Both the position numbers and the translations under genes were made by a program. From NCBI GenBank assembly GCA_000175855.1, contig ACYB01000019.1, positions 1 through 32,000 on the forward strand: DNA of 32,000 bases, written 5' to 3'. The notes beneath the pieces were generated by a model. It saw only the letters and a list, made by a program, of their open reading frames with translations. It was not told where the DNA came from and made no database searches. Positions 18,001-26,408 of this stretch are shown here, one piece after another. Every line of letters begins with the position of its first letter. Position 1 is the stretch's first letter. This DNA comes from Raphidiopsis brookii D9. Its GTDB lineage: Bacteria > Cyanobacteriota > Cyanobacteriia > Cyanobacteriales > Nostocaceae.

Positions 18001-19091
18001 CCCTAGCTACCACCTCTGTGGACAAAACAGCTAGATTATGGAACTTGCAGGGGGAAACCATTCAACAATTTCATGGTCACGAGAACTGGGTCACCAGTGT
18101 GAGTTTCAGTCCAGATGGTCAAACCCTAGCTACCACCTCTGTGGACAAAACAGCTCGGTTATGGGGGTTACATAGACACAAGATTCAGGAGATTAGGGGT
18201 CATGAGGATTGGGTTACCAGTGTGAGTTTTAGTCCAGATGGTCAAACCATAGCTACTGGTTCCCGGGACAACACCGCTCGGTTGTGGAACAGGGAAGGTC
18301 ATTTGGTTCAAGAATTTAAAGGTCATCAAAGTCGAGTCACAAGTGTTAATTTCAGTCCAGACGGACAAACCATAGGGACCGGTTCTGCTGATAAAACAGC
18401 TAGATTATGGAACTTGCAGGGTGATGTCCTGGGAGAATTTCCAGGTCACCAGGACTGGGTTACCAGTGTGAGTTTTAGTCCAGATGGTCAAACCATAGCT
18501 ACTGGTTCTCGGGATAAAACAGCTCGATTGTGGAATTTGCAGGGTGATGTCCTTAGAGAATTTCCAGGTCATGAGGACTGGGTTACAAGTGTCAGTTTCA
18601 GTCCCAATGGCCAAACCCTAGTTACTGGTGGTGCTGACAAAATAGCTAGGTTATGGAACTTGCAGGGTGACCTCCTGGGAGAATTTCCAGGTCATGAGGG
18701 TGGGGTTACAAGTGTCAGTTTCAGTCCAAATGGCGAGACTCTTGTTACCGGTTCAGTTGACAAAATAGCTCGTTTATGGAACTTAAAGGGTTATCTAATT
18801 CGAGAATTCAAGGGTCATGATAGCGGGATAACAAATGTGAGTTTCAGTCCAGATGGGCAAACTCTTGCTACCGCTTCTGTTGATAAAACAGTCCGGTTAT
18901 GGAACTTAAAGGGTCAGCTGATTCAAGAATTTAAGGGTTATGATGATACATTTACAAGTGTGAGTTTTAGTCCAGATGGGCAAACTCTTGCTACTGGTTC
19001 TTTAGACAAAATAGCCCGCTTATGGCCTGTACGGTATTTAGATAGAGCTTTGGAAGATGGAAATACTTGGTTAATTGATACTAATTTTTGA
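15078..19091 (+). CDS. STAND-type P-loop NTPase with C-terminal 14x WD40 repeats (NLR-like / nSTAND-like architecture)
   Basis: 1337-aa ORF. Walker [10 protein letters not shown] is at nt 16054-16080, preceded by [15 protein letters not shown] Walker B-like [13 protein letters not shown] is at nt 16311-16349. Fourteen units follow of the form GH....[25 protein letters not shown]. Confidence 0.85.
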   Translation: MSDLQNIANHHYEPIKTILRVIDFSQGHFSLVFLHCNDAQLRQQVAAQLRESSPNKIEEITLPQSAISLYDNISLSLDRHPEVLMVFGLENVNNLDSILQFSNQIREEFRKNFAFPLLIWIDDRILRKILRIAPDLETWGSIIGTPNYYNGENHVKGLAQIHRFLAEAALENQQWSEAKKQAQYAQEILTSADDGLYYLLTARSQIGLGETGAAIKTLEFAKTHTMPPQDPQLHIEILKTLGSLYFDHGNYLQAFYVRQEQLQVEQQYRLRAFLGSSYLNPQRPIINKTNGNGRNSRPMVFGREEDIKSLWQRISDNEHPLIVIHGQFAVGKTSIIQGGLVPILEQELIDDKQILPIILQKYTNWLEELSEQLLNKLEKKLQSTIAIETFNGFSPQERIVKLLNISGDKNLLTVLIFDQFEEFFLVTGNLEQKTRFYQLLRSCLDIPFVKIILTLREEYLHYLLEIDRLVDLRVTNNNILDKNIRYYLGNFSKAVAKRIIQTLMVKDQFELQMELIDQLVEELGDNLGEVRPLELQIVGAQLEKEGIDTLEQYEQFGGKQKLLEKFLQDVIKSCGPENESTAQLVLYLLTEENGTRPLKTQSEIVTQFSVESDKLDLVLKIFVGSGLVWLLRESLRDRYQLIYDCLVPFVRQQYVQLYYAHLPEQLEKIQAELRQEREAEEQAQLVTKLEEDALIALDQFKADPLLSLVNAVSSANLLKSIVQNNPLDKYPTVSPIYALNTILDAISDRNIIKGHEGGITSVCFSPDGQSIATGSWDKTVRLWNLRGENIQQFRGHEGGITSVCFSPDGQSIGTGSEDGTARLWNLQGKNIQQFRGHEGGITSVCFSPDGQSIGTGSEDGTARLWNLQGKNIQQFRGHEGGITSVCFSPDGQNIGTGSEDRTARLWNLQGENIQQFHGHEDWVTSVSFSPDGQTLATTSVDKTARLWNLQGETIQQFHGHENWVTSVSFSPDGQTLATTSVDKTARLWNLQGETIQQFHGHENWVTSVSFSPDGQTLATTSVDKTARLWGLHRHKIQEIRGHEDWVTSVSFSPDGQTIATGSRDNTARLWNREGHLVQEFKGHQSRVTSVNFSPDGQTIGTGSADKTARLWNLQGDVLGEFPGHQDWVTSVSFSPDGQTIATGSRDKTARLWNLQGDVLREFPGHEDWVTSVSFSPNGQTLVTGGADKIARLWNLQGDLLGEFPGHEGGVTSVSFSPNGETLVTGSVDKIARLWNLKGYLIREFKGHDSGITNVSFSPDGQTLATASVDKTVRLWNLKGQLIQEFKGYDDTFTSVSFSPDGQTLATGSLDKIARLWPVRYLDRALEDGNTWLIDTNF
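17337..19058 (+). repeat. Intragenic tandem array of 14 units of 123 bp (WD40 blades)
   Basis: Unit starts (GGT of the GH dipeptide) fall at 17337 + n x 123. The span 17862-18155 is perfectly 123-periodic. Units 2-4 differ from each other by only a few, mostly synonymous, substitutions. Confidence 0.95.
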
Positions 19092-20133
19092 TGATCCCCC
19101 CACCCAATACCTTATCTCCCTCATACCAGACTGCTGCTTGTCCAGGTGTGATGCTGAATTGGGGTTCATCAAATACCATTTGTACACAGTCCTTTTCCCC
19201 AGGGATAATTGTTGCCAGTACAGGTTGAGAACGGTAACGTATTTGCACTTCCCCACGAATAGTACCTCTGGGTTCTACCATGGATACCCAGTTTACTCGC
19301 TCAACTGTACACTCTTTCTCTGTACCTTTTGTGCGATCGCCTACTACGACAAGATTATTAACTGTGTCTAACTTTATGACATATAATGGTTCAGCTGCAG
19401 CAATTCCCAAACCTTTGCGCTGTCCTATAGTATAGTGGTGGACACCATCATGTTTGCCCAAAACTTTGCCGTCACTGTCCACAATATCACCAGGTTTGGG
19501 AGATAAATATTTATCTAGAAATGCCCGCATGGAACCGTTACTCTCTACTAGGCACAAGTCCTGGCTCTCCGGTTTATCGGCGGTTTTTAAGCCATATTCA
19601 GAGGCAATTTTACGAGTATCATTTTTATTTAACTCTCCCAGGGGAAAGATAGTACCTGCTAGTAGTTCTTGGGATAAATCATATAAAAAGTAGGATTGAT
19701 CTTTGTTGCGGTCAAAGGCGCGTAGTAGCTGATAACGTTCAGTCCTATGGTCGTAAGCAATTCGGGCATAATGGCCAGTAGCAATAGTATCAGACTGTAA
19801 TTTATCCTTTGCATATTGTAACATGGGACCAAATTTCACAGTTCTGTTACATTGGGAACAGGGTAAGGGAGTGATTCCCGCGCTATAACCGGAAACCAGA
19901 TAATCCACAATGTTAGTTTGGAACACATCCCGCATATCAACAATTTCATGGGGAATATCTAGTTGTTGGCAAATAGTAGCTGCATCCACCATACCCTCGG
20001 AGCAGCACTGACCCTTCCCTTTCATTAACCAAAGGGTCAAACCAATGACATCATAGCCCTGATTGTGTAGAATGGCCGCTGCTACGGAACTGTCAACGCC
20101 ACCAGAAAGACCAACAACAACTTTTTTCATCAT
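19081..20133 (-). CDS. mnmA: tRNA 2-thiouridine(34) synthase
   Basis: 350-aa ORF with the PP-loop [12 protein letters not shown] and conserved Cys regions (KGQCCS, PCSQCN). Confidence 0.95.
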   Translation of the reverse strand: MMKKVVVGLSGGVDSSVAAAILHNQGYDVIGLTLWLMKGKGQCCSEGMVDAATICQQLDIPHEIVDMRDVFQTNIVDYLVSGYSAGITPLPCSQCNRTVKFGPMLQYAKDKLQSDTIATGHYARIAYDHRTERYQLLRAFDRNKDQSYFLYDLSQELLAGTIFPLGELNKNDTRKIASEYGLKTADKPESQDLCLVESNGSMRAFLDKYLSPKPGDIVDSDGKVLGKHDGVHHYTIGQRKGLGIAAAEPLYVIKLDTVNNLVVVGDRTKGTEKECTVERVNWVSMVEPRGTIRGEVQIRYRSQPVLATIIPGEKDCVQMVFDEPQFSITPGQAAVWYEGDKVLGGGIIKN

Positions 20134-20413
20134 TAATCTTTTTCATAGTTGAGATTTACAACATATAGATAGACACTTTTCTAGGGTAGCACAGGTTTTG
20201 CGTTAGTGGTTGACGGTTGTTGACTCCAAGTTTATGGTGTGTTTGGTAGGTTGTAGTTTTCAATTACCTTGGGTTATGATAGGGTATCTCAGGTAGCTCC
20301 GGGTAAATTTAAACATCGCTACTAAGCGGAGCAATGGAGTAACTATTTAAAAAGACTAAGTTATGGTAATGCTAGGGTATACTAGGGTATATTATGGAAA
20401 TAGAATTTGACTA

Positions 20414-21985
20414 ATGAATAACCAGGACTTGAAGCATCTAAAGGAAATATTTGTTGTCACTGCTGCTCAGATGCGGGATGTGGAATCAAGGATTTTCGCA
20501 GCAGGAATGCCCATTCCAGCTTTGATGGAAAAAGTAGGTAGGCTCATTTGCGATCGCCTTTTATCTATGAAATTAAAAGGTTCTAGGGTTGGTATTTTAG
20601 CTGGGCCTGGTCATAATGGTGGTGATGCTTTGGTGGTAGGAAGGGAATTACATTTTCGGGGTTATAATGTTTGGATTTATCAACCTTTTGGTCAACTCAA
20701 GGAGTTAACTAACCAACATTTTCACTATGCCCAAAGTTTAGGAATTCCTTGTTTTTCTCAACTAGCTGAATTACCAGATTGTGATTTTTTAATTGATGGG
20801 TTATTTGGATTTGGTTTAGAAAGAGAAATCACTGGCAATATTGCTGAGGCTATTAATCATCTTAATCTCTGGAACAAACCAATTTTTAGTATTGATTTAC
20901 CTTCGGGAATACACACCGATACAGGTGCGGTTTTAGGAACTGCTATTTGTGCTTCCCACACTTTTTGTTTGGGGTTGTGGAAACAGGGTTTATTACAAGA
21001 ACAAGCAATACAATATACGGGAAAAACAGAGTTAATTGATTTTGATATTTCCCTGGCTGATATTCAGGCAGTTTTGGGGGAATTTCCCACCCTCAAACGC
21101 ATTACGCAAAGTCTAGTAGTTAACACTTTGCCTCTACCTCTTTCTCCCATTTTGCATAAATATAAATCCGGACATCTGTTACTAATTTGTGGTTCTAAAC
21201 GCTATGCAGGGGGAGCAATTTTAACGGGTTTAGGTGCTAGAGCATCTGGCATTGGCATGTTATCTATTGCCGTGCCAGAAAGTATTAAGCCTCTATTAGT
21301 TTCCCATTTACCAGAAGCTCTAATTATTGGTTGTCCAGAAACAAATAGTGGGGCAATTTCTCATTTACAATTACCCGCAGAAATTACTTTAGATTCCTTT
21401 ACTGTTATTGCTTGTGGACCTGGATTAACCACAGAAGTAACTCCCATTGTGCAGCAGGTAATGAAAAGTGAAGTTCCCCTAATTCTGGATGCGGATGCTC
21501 TGAATATTCTAGCACAATTGGGCACAATTACCACTTTAAAAAACCGCCATCAACCTACTATTCTCACTCCCCATGGGGGAGAGTTTCATCGCTTATTTCC
21601 TGAAATTGATATCACAACAAATAGGGTCAAAGGAGTGCAAACAGCAGCATCACAAACTGGAGCCATAGTTCTATTAAAAGGAGCAAGAACTGCGATCGCT
21701 AACGAGCAAGGGGTTACTTGGATAAACTCTGAAAGTACGCCAGCTTTAGCTCGGGGTGGTAGTGGGGATGTATTAACTGGACTAATGGGGGGGATTTTAG
21801 GACAGGTGGTTAACAGACAAGTTAATATGGAAGATATAGTAGCAACAGCAGTTTGGTGGCACTCTCAAGCTGGTATTTTGGCAGCAAAGGAGAGAACAGA
21901 GTTAGGAGTTGATGCTTTTACCTTAACCCAGTATTTAAGCAGAGTTTTGGCTCAAACCCAAACTGATGAGATATGTATGGGATAA
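20414..21985 (+). CDS. nnr: Bifunctional NAD(P)H-hydrate repair enzyme (epimerase / ADP-dependent dehydratase)
   Basis: 523-aa ORF with an N-terminal YjeF_N motif GPGHNGGDALV and a C-terminal kinase-like dehydratase domain containing GGSGDVLTG. Confidence 0.9.
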   Translation: MNNQDLKHLKEIFVVTAAQMRDVESRIFAAGMPIPALMEKVGRLICDRLLSMKLKGSRVGILAGPGHNGGDALVVGRELHFRGYNVWIYQPFGQLKELTNQHFHYAQSLGIPCFSQLAELPDCDFLIDGLFGFGLEREITGNIAEAINHLNLWNKPIFSIDLPSGIHTDTGAVLGTAICASHTFCLGLWKQGLLQEQAIQYTGKTELIDFDISLADIQAVLGEFPTLKRITQSLVVNTLPLPLSPILHKYKSGHLLLICGSKRYAGGAILTGLGARASGIGMLSIAVPESIKPLLVSHLPEALIIGCPETNSGAISHLQLPAEITLDSFTVIACGPGLTTEVTPIVQQVMKSEVPLILDADALNILAQLGTITTLKNRHQPTILTPHGGEFHRLFPEIDITTNRVKGVQTAASQTGAIVLLKGARTAIANEQGVTWINSESTPALARGGSGDVLTGLMGGILGQVVNRQVNMEDIVATAVWWHSQAGILAAKERTELGVDAFTLTQYLSRVLAQTQTDEICMG

Positions 21986-22026
21986 TAAATTTTGATATTT
22001 ATAAAGTGATTAAAAAGTGAGTAAAA

Positions 22027-22314
22027 ATGGAAAAAGTTTTAAGAGTGATTAATGATGTAATTAGCAATCCGCCAATTCCCCATGAGCCATATAAACAGTC
22101 TTTAAAAAATTGGGCAATGTACTGTTTACGAGAGAGAGGATTTATTGTGGTTTATGCGCAGAAGGGTGATTTCGCCATTCAATTGAAAGGAGGAGAGAAG
22201 TTATATTTTAAAGTGACTACCAATCCGGTGGAACCGGAAGACAATCCCCAGGAGAATTTAAACTGGATAATATGGGATAACCTTAGCCAAAAAGCCAGTT
22301 TCATTCCAACCTGA
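22027..22314 (+). CDS. Hypothetical protein
   Basis: 95-aa ORF, 41 nt downstream of nnr on the same strand. I recognise no motif. Confidence 0.4.
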   Translation: MEKVLRVINDVISNPPIPHEPYKQSLKNWAMYCLRERGFIVVYAQKGDFAIQLKGGEKLYFKVTTNPVEPEDNPQENLNWIIWDNLSQKASFIPT

Positions 22315-22331
22315 TAAGAACTATATATGAA

Positions 22332-23912
22332 CTATATAATTATGGCATCCAATTGCTTATTACACCATTTTCCCTCAATTAATTCTGTTACCAGTGGTGT
22401 AATTACAAATTGAGGAGGAATACCAGCTTTAACATCCACACGCGCACAAGAATAGAGTTTTTTCGTCTCTAAATCATAACCGGTACGCCCTACATACAAC
22501 AAAGAATCGGCAACTTTACGCCTGTGGTCATTATCATGGTCGCTGAAATCCTCTAACAACTCAGTTCCTTCCTCTCGCTGACGACGAGGACGACGACCAC
22601 TACCACCACAGACAATATAGTTAATAGCAGAATCTCCATATCCAGTGTCTGTAGTTTTTAAAAACTCCAAACAGTGTGCGTGACCATTAAATACGAGATC
22701 TACCAAGGGTCTACCCCCGGTTATTTCTCTCTCCATATTTCCCAAAGCTACCCTTACCTGTTCCAATACCTCCCGTAATCGATGACGAACCGCTAAAGTT
22801 TGTCCCTGTTGCCATTTGGTCGCTTCTGTGACGTAGGGAGGATGATGAAAAAATAGTACTCTTCCCCTAACATTTAAATCTTGCCAAGAAGCAATTAGTC
22901 TCTCTCTTAACCATTCTAGTTGCTCAAAATCTGTATCCGCATTACTGTGATTTTCTAATTGTTTCTCAATATCAAGTTTGATTTCATTTAATTGATCTAA
23001 TTTACCTGCTAAATCCGCTAACTGCTCTGATTCTTGAGGATTTTTTGAGTCCAACTTCTCATATACTGCTAAAATCTCTAACTCCTGTTGCTCTAAAGAG
23101 CGACGACTTTCCCACAACTTTTGACGAAGATCCCGAGACCGACTTTGTGGTAAAGGTTCTGGAGTATTAAAGGTGTTGGAATCCAAGGCAAAAAAATCTA
23201 TTCCCCCATAGTTAAAACTATAGTATCTATTAGGTAACCTTGTGAATTTACCTGGTTGGTAATTTAAGCATCTACCTGTATTAACTTTACCAGTGTAGTG
23301 TTTATTTAAATGGGTTTCCAAATCGGAAGGAGCAATAGCAGCTAGATAATCCATAAAAGCTCTCGCGTAACTATCTCCTTGATTTGAACCATGCCAACCA
23401 ATTTCAATATCTTTATAACGTAACCTTTTGCGCAGAGGTAAGGTCAAACCGGTAATCAAACGATATAATAAAGGTACATCATAATAGTCATGATTGCCCA
23501 GGACTGGTAATATAGGCAAATTAAAGGTCATATTATTATAAGCAATCTTTTGTGGAGACTCTCCACCCACTAAAAATTCCCGATAGGGTTCAATGAAATT
23601 AGCTGGGTAATATTCGCGAGAACCTACAACATAAACCACATCCCCAGTATGTAGAATAAAGCGACAATCCTCAAGATGATTTAACATCATTTCGGTTACT
23701 TGACGTTGAGGATGGGAACCATAATGTGATTTTGTCCCGCTGTCACCCAGAACCATAAAAGAAAATTCTTGATTTTTCTCTCTACCTTGATCGTCAAATG
23801 TCATTACGGTTTGGTCAATATTATGCTCCAAAATAGCTGAATGTTGCCATCTAACTCTTTGTTTCATTCTCTGAATTTTAATTGGAACCGAGGGTTCAGA
23901 AATTAATTTCAT
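22332..23912 (-). CDS. Metallophosphoesterase (calcineurin-like) with a charged helical insertion
   Basis: 526-aa ORF with motifs VLGDSGT, HTGDVVY, GNHDYY, FFHHPPY and GHAHCLE. A helical, charged insert of about 90 aa (SRRSLEQQELEIL...QLEWLRERL) sits between them. Its start codon overlaps the upstream stop (ATGA at 23909-23912). Confidence 0.85.
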   Translation of the reverse strand: MKLISEPSVPIKIQRMKQRVRWQHSAILEHNIDQTVMTFDDQGREKNQEFSFMVLGDSGTKSHYGSHPQRQVTEMMLNHLEDCRFILHTGDVVYVVGSREYYPANFIEPYREFLVGGESPQKIAYNNMTFNLPILPVLGNHDYYDVPLLYRLITGLTLPLRKRLRYKDIEIGWHGSNQGDSYARAFMDYLAAIAPSDLETHLNKHYTGKVNTGRCLNYQPGKFTRLPNRYYSFNYGGIDFFALDSNTFNTPEPLPQSRSRDLRQKLWESRRSLEQQELEILAVYEKLDSKNPQESEQLADLAGKLDQLNEIKLDIEKQLENHSNADTDFEQLEWLRERLIASWQDLNVRGRVLFFHHPPYVTEATKWQQGQTLAVRHRLREVLEQVRVALGNMEREITGGRPLVDLVFNGHAHCLEFLKTTDTGYGDSAINYIVCGGSGRRPRRQREEGTELLEDFSDHDNDHRRKVADSLLYVGRTGYDLETKKLYSCARVDVKAGIPPQFVITPLVTELIEGKWCNKQLDAIII

Positions 23913-25526
23913 CTGGATATCCTCAAAAATTTCTGTTTCATTTTGGTGACAAAACTATTGACCTCTGGTATTTTCATCGCCCCTACAATAATGGCAAATA
24001 TAGTAATTCCTATAATACCAGAAATGGACAATTCAAGAATTAAAATTACCAAATTTTGACCCGGTATTACCTGTTGACAAGCAACAAAAGTTTGATAACT
24101 ACTAACACCAGCAACCACACTGCCAAAAGTTAAAACCCAAAATTGGCCAAGTCCATTCTCTCAGGGGTAAACCATTGAGTTTGCGGTTTAACAACCACAA
24201 TAACATTAACATGGAACTACAATTGACACCCACTGTGGCTAAAACCAAACCAGGAGCGCCAAAAGGTTTCACAAGTACAAAATCCAAAACTACATTCAAG
24301 AAAATATTAAACGCGCTAATTTTGAACGGGGTTTGTCCATCACCCAAAGCGTAAAATACCCTAACTAAAACATCTCTCCCCAAATAGGCAAACATTCCTA
24401 TTCCATAGGCTATTAATAGGGAAGCAACTAACTCGGTAGCTTGTTGATTAAATGCACCCCGCTGATAGACCACCTGAACAATGGGTGTAGATAAACCTAT
24501 CATTAAACCACCTAACGGTAGCATGGTCACAGCAGTTAATATAATCCCCTGACGAATGCGTAATTTTAGATCTGGCCAAGATTGTGGTTCAGCTAACTTG
24601 GCAAACATTGGTAATAGGGAAGTAAAAATAATATTAGAAATAATTCCTAGTGGTGTTTGAACTAGCAAATTAGCATAATTGAAAGCTGCTGCTGCACCTT
24701 TGATGGGACTGGCAAAAAACAAGTCAGTTGCTACATTAATTGGCATCATGCCTGAAGAAATAGTAGCAGGAATCATTATTTTAATTACTTCTTGAACTGC
24801 AGGGGATTTAAAATCAAACCTCAGTTTTAATTTTCCTAAACCTAACCTCCACTGAAAAATTAATTGTACAGACCATTGTAAAATTGCTCCGATTAAGGTT
24901 CCCCAAGCTAATACCATCCCTCCAATAAATGCAAATTCTGGCTGAATTATTTGTTTACCATATTCTAAAGCCAAAATACCAATGCCAATAACTACTGTAA
25001 TACTGGATAACAGGGGACTAATTGATAATAGCCAATATTGGTTTGCTACATTGAGGGTGCCAAAACCAAGACCAATTAAACCAGAAAATAAGGCCATTGG
25101 TGACATGATTTGTAGCTGACGAACGGCAATTTCCCTGGTTTTTACATCTAATCCATAACCAACAAGATCAATTAGGGGTTCCGCTAAAAAAATTTGAGCA
25201 ACTGTTACTATTAATAATAACCCGCTAACTAGGGTTGTTACTGTTTCTACTATAGGAGCTGCTTCTTCTTGTTTGCGTTTGGCTAAGACACTGACAAGGG
25301 CGCTATGTAAAGGACCATTCACTCCACCAAGCAAAATCAATAAAAATCCAGGAATAATATAAGCGTAACTATAAGCAGTAGCAGCAGCACCAACACCAAA
25401 AGCAGCTGCTATAGCTTGTTGTCTAATTAACCCGAATATTTTACTAATTAAGGTTGCAGCAGCAACTATACCAGCAATACCAGCAAAGGAACGGGATGAT
25501 TTCTGCTTTTGTGGTTGTTCAGTCAC
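23909..25526 (-). pseudogene. murJ: Lipid II flippase MurJ (MviN), reading frame interrupted by a 1-nt shift near 24132-24135
   Basis: The 474-aa ORF 24102-25526 (GTG start) is a typical MurJ (YIIPGFLLILLGG, VYQRGAF, RDVLVRVFYALGDG) but ends abruptly in ..PILGFNFWQCGCWC*. The missing last TM region (LTFGSVVAGVSSYQ...IFAIIVGAMKIPEV) continues in another frame as ORF 23909-24118. Confidence 0.8.
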
Positions 25527-25630
25527 GAATAATACCTAAAGATTCACATTAGACCAACATAATATCAAAAATATAGCCCTAACTAGTGGTGGTGATCGAA
25601 CAGAGATTAGCTCTCTCCTAAGCTATGAAA

Positions 25631-26338
25631 TTAAAATTTTTGACTAATCAGTTTTTTTAACAATTGCAAAGTCTTACCGGAAAAGGAATTAATAAAACGG
25701 TAGGACTGACGAACCCGATTGAGTAAGGAATAGGGTACTCGTAACTTAAAAGGATAAAAAATCGGTAAGTATATTAAATAATAAGCCTTTTTTAAATCCT
25801 CCCATTTGGAACATTTATCCTCATGGAGAAAATCAGAAATGTCTACCACTAAACCTCTCCCCTCAAACATCATGACATTTTTACCATGAACATCATGGGG
25901 AAAAAGACCTCGACTGCGTGCATAATCCAAAGCTCGGTCAATATCTTTAATTACCCTGGGAGAAATGCGTAATCCACGATTTAGACAATCATAGAGGGTT
26001 ACACCAAATAATCTTTTTAAAACTAATAGACCGTTGTAGGCATAAAAGCATTGCGAATAGGCTGGATGAGAGCCTATGCGATTGTAAACTTCTAATTCCT
26101 CATCAAATCCAGGACGACCAGGAGCGTAAATCTTGACCACCACATTGGGAAAATCTGGATGACAAACCACTGCTGCATAGTTACCCGTACCTATTAGCTC
26201 CCAGGGAGGTGGTAAATGGTGAACCACTGCTGGATTATGGGGGTGCACACTTTCCACCACTAACTGGGGTAATAGTTCTTGATGAATGATGGTAACTAAT
26301 GGTTGAATACTTGCTTGATCTATAGAATGTGTACCCAT
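25631..26338 (-). CDS. Small protein-kinase-like fold protein
   Basis: Contains a Gly-rich loop GTGNYAAV, a beta3 Lys in VVKIY, a catalytic-loop-like HDVHGKN and a DFG-like DISDF. There are no extra domains. The ORF is also open to a GTG at 26380. Confidence 0.6.
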   Translation of the reverse strand: MGTHSIDQASIQPLVTIIHQELLPQLVVESVHPHNPAVVHHLPPPWELIGTGNYAAVVCHPDFPNVVVKIYAPGRPGFDEELEVYNRIGSHPAYSQCFYAYNGLLVLKRLFGVTLYDCLNRGLRISPRVIKDIDRALDYARSRGLFPHDVHGKNVMMFEGRGLVVDISDFLHEDKCSKWEDLKKAYYLIYLPIFYPFKLRVPYSLLNRVRQSYRFINSFSGKTLQLLKKLISQKF

Positions 26339-26408
26339 ACATACAAAATTGAGTAGTATTGCATTTATTAAATGTACCACTCAATTAGGATCCTCACTCC
26401 TAAAAAAA

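Noticed and set aside
18168-18614. Minus-strand ORFs of 66 and 69 aa inside the WD40 array
   Set aside because: They are repeat-induced artefacts. The same antisense frame stays open because the coding repeat is periodic.
17337-19058. Regular 123-bp repeats as a possible CRISPR-like or satellite array
   Set aside because: The repeats are in frame within one long ORF and encode canonical WD40 blades. There is no repeat-spacer structure.
14013-19091. Uma2 nuclease plus STAND NTPase-WD40 as a two-gene defence module
   Set aside because: Uma2 genes are present in many copies per cyanobacterial genome, and the two genes are divergently transcribed. Adjacency alone is not evidence. I kept it only as context in the STAND finding.
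19071-19371. ORFs of 61 and 98 aa overlapping the 3' end of mnmA
   Set aside because: They lie within or antisense to the well-supported mnmA coding sequence and have no motifs.
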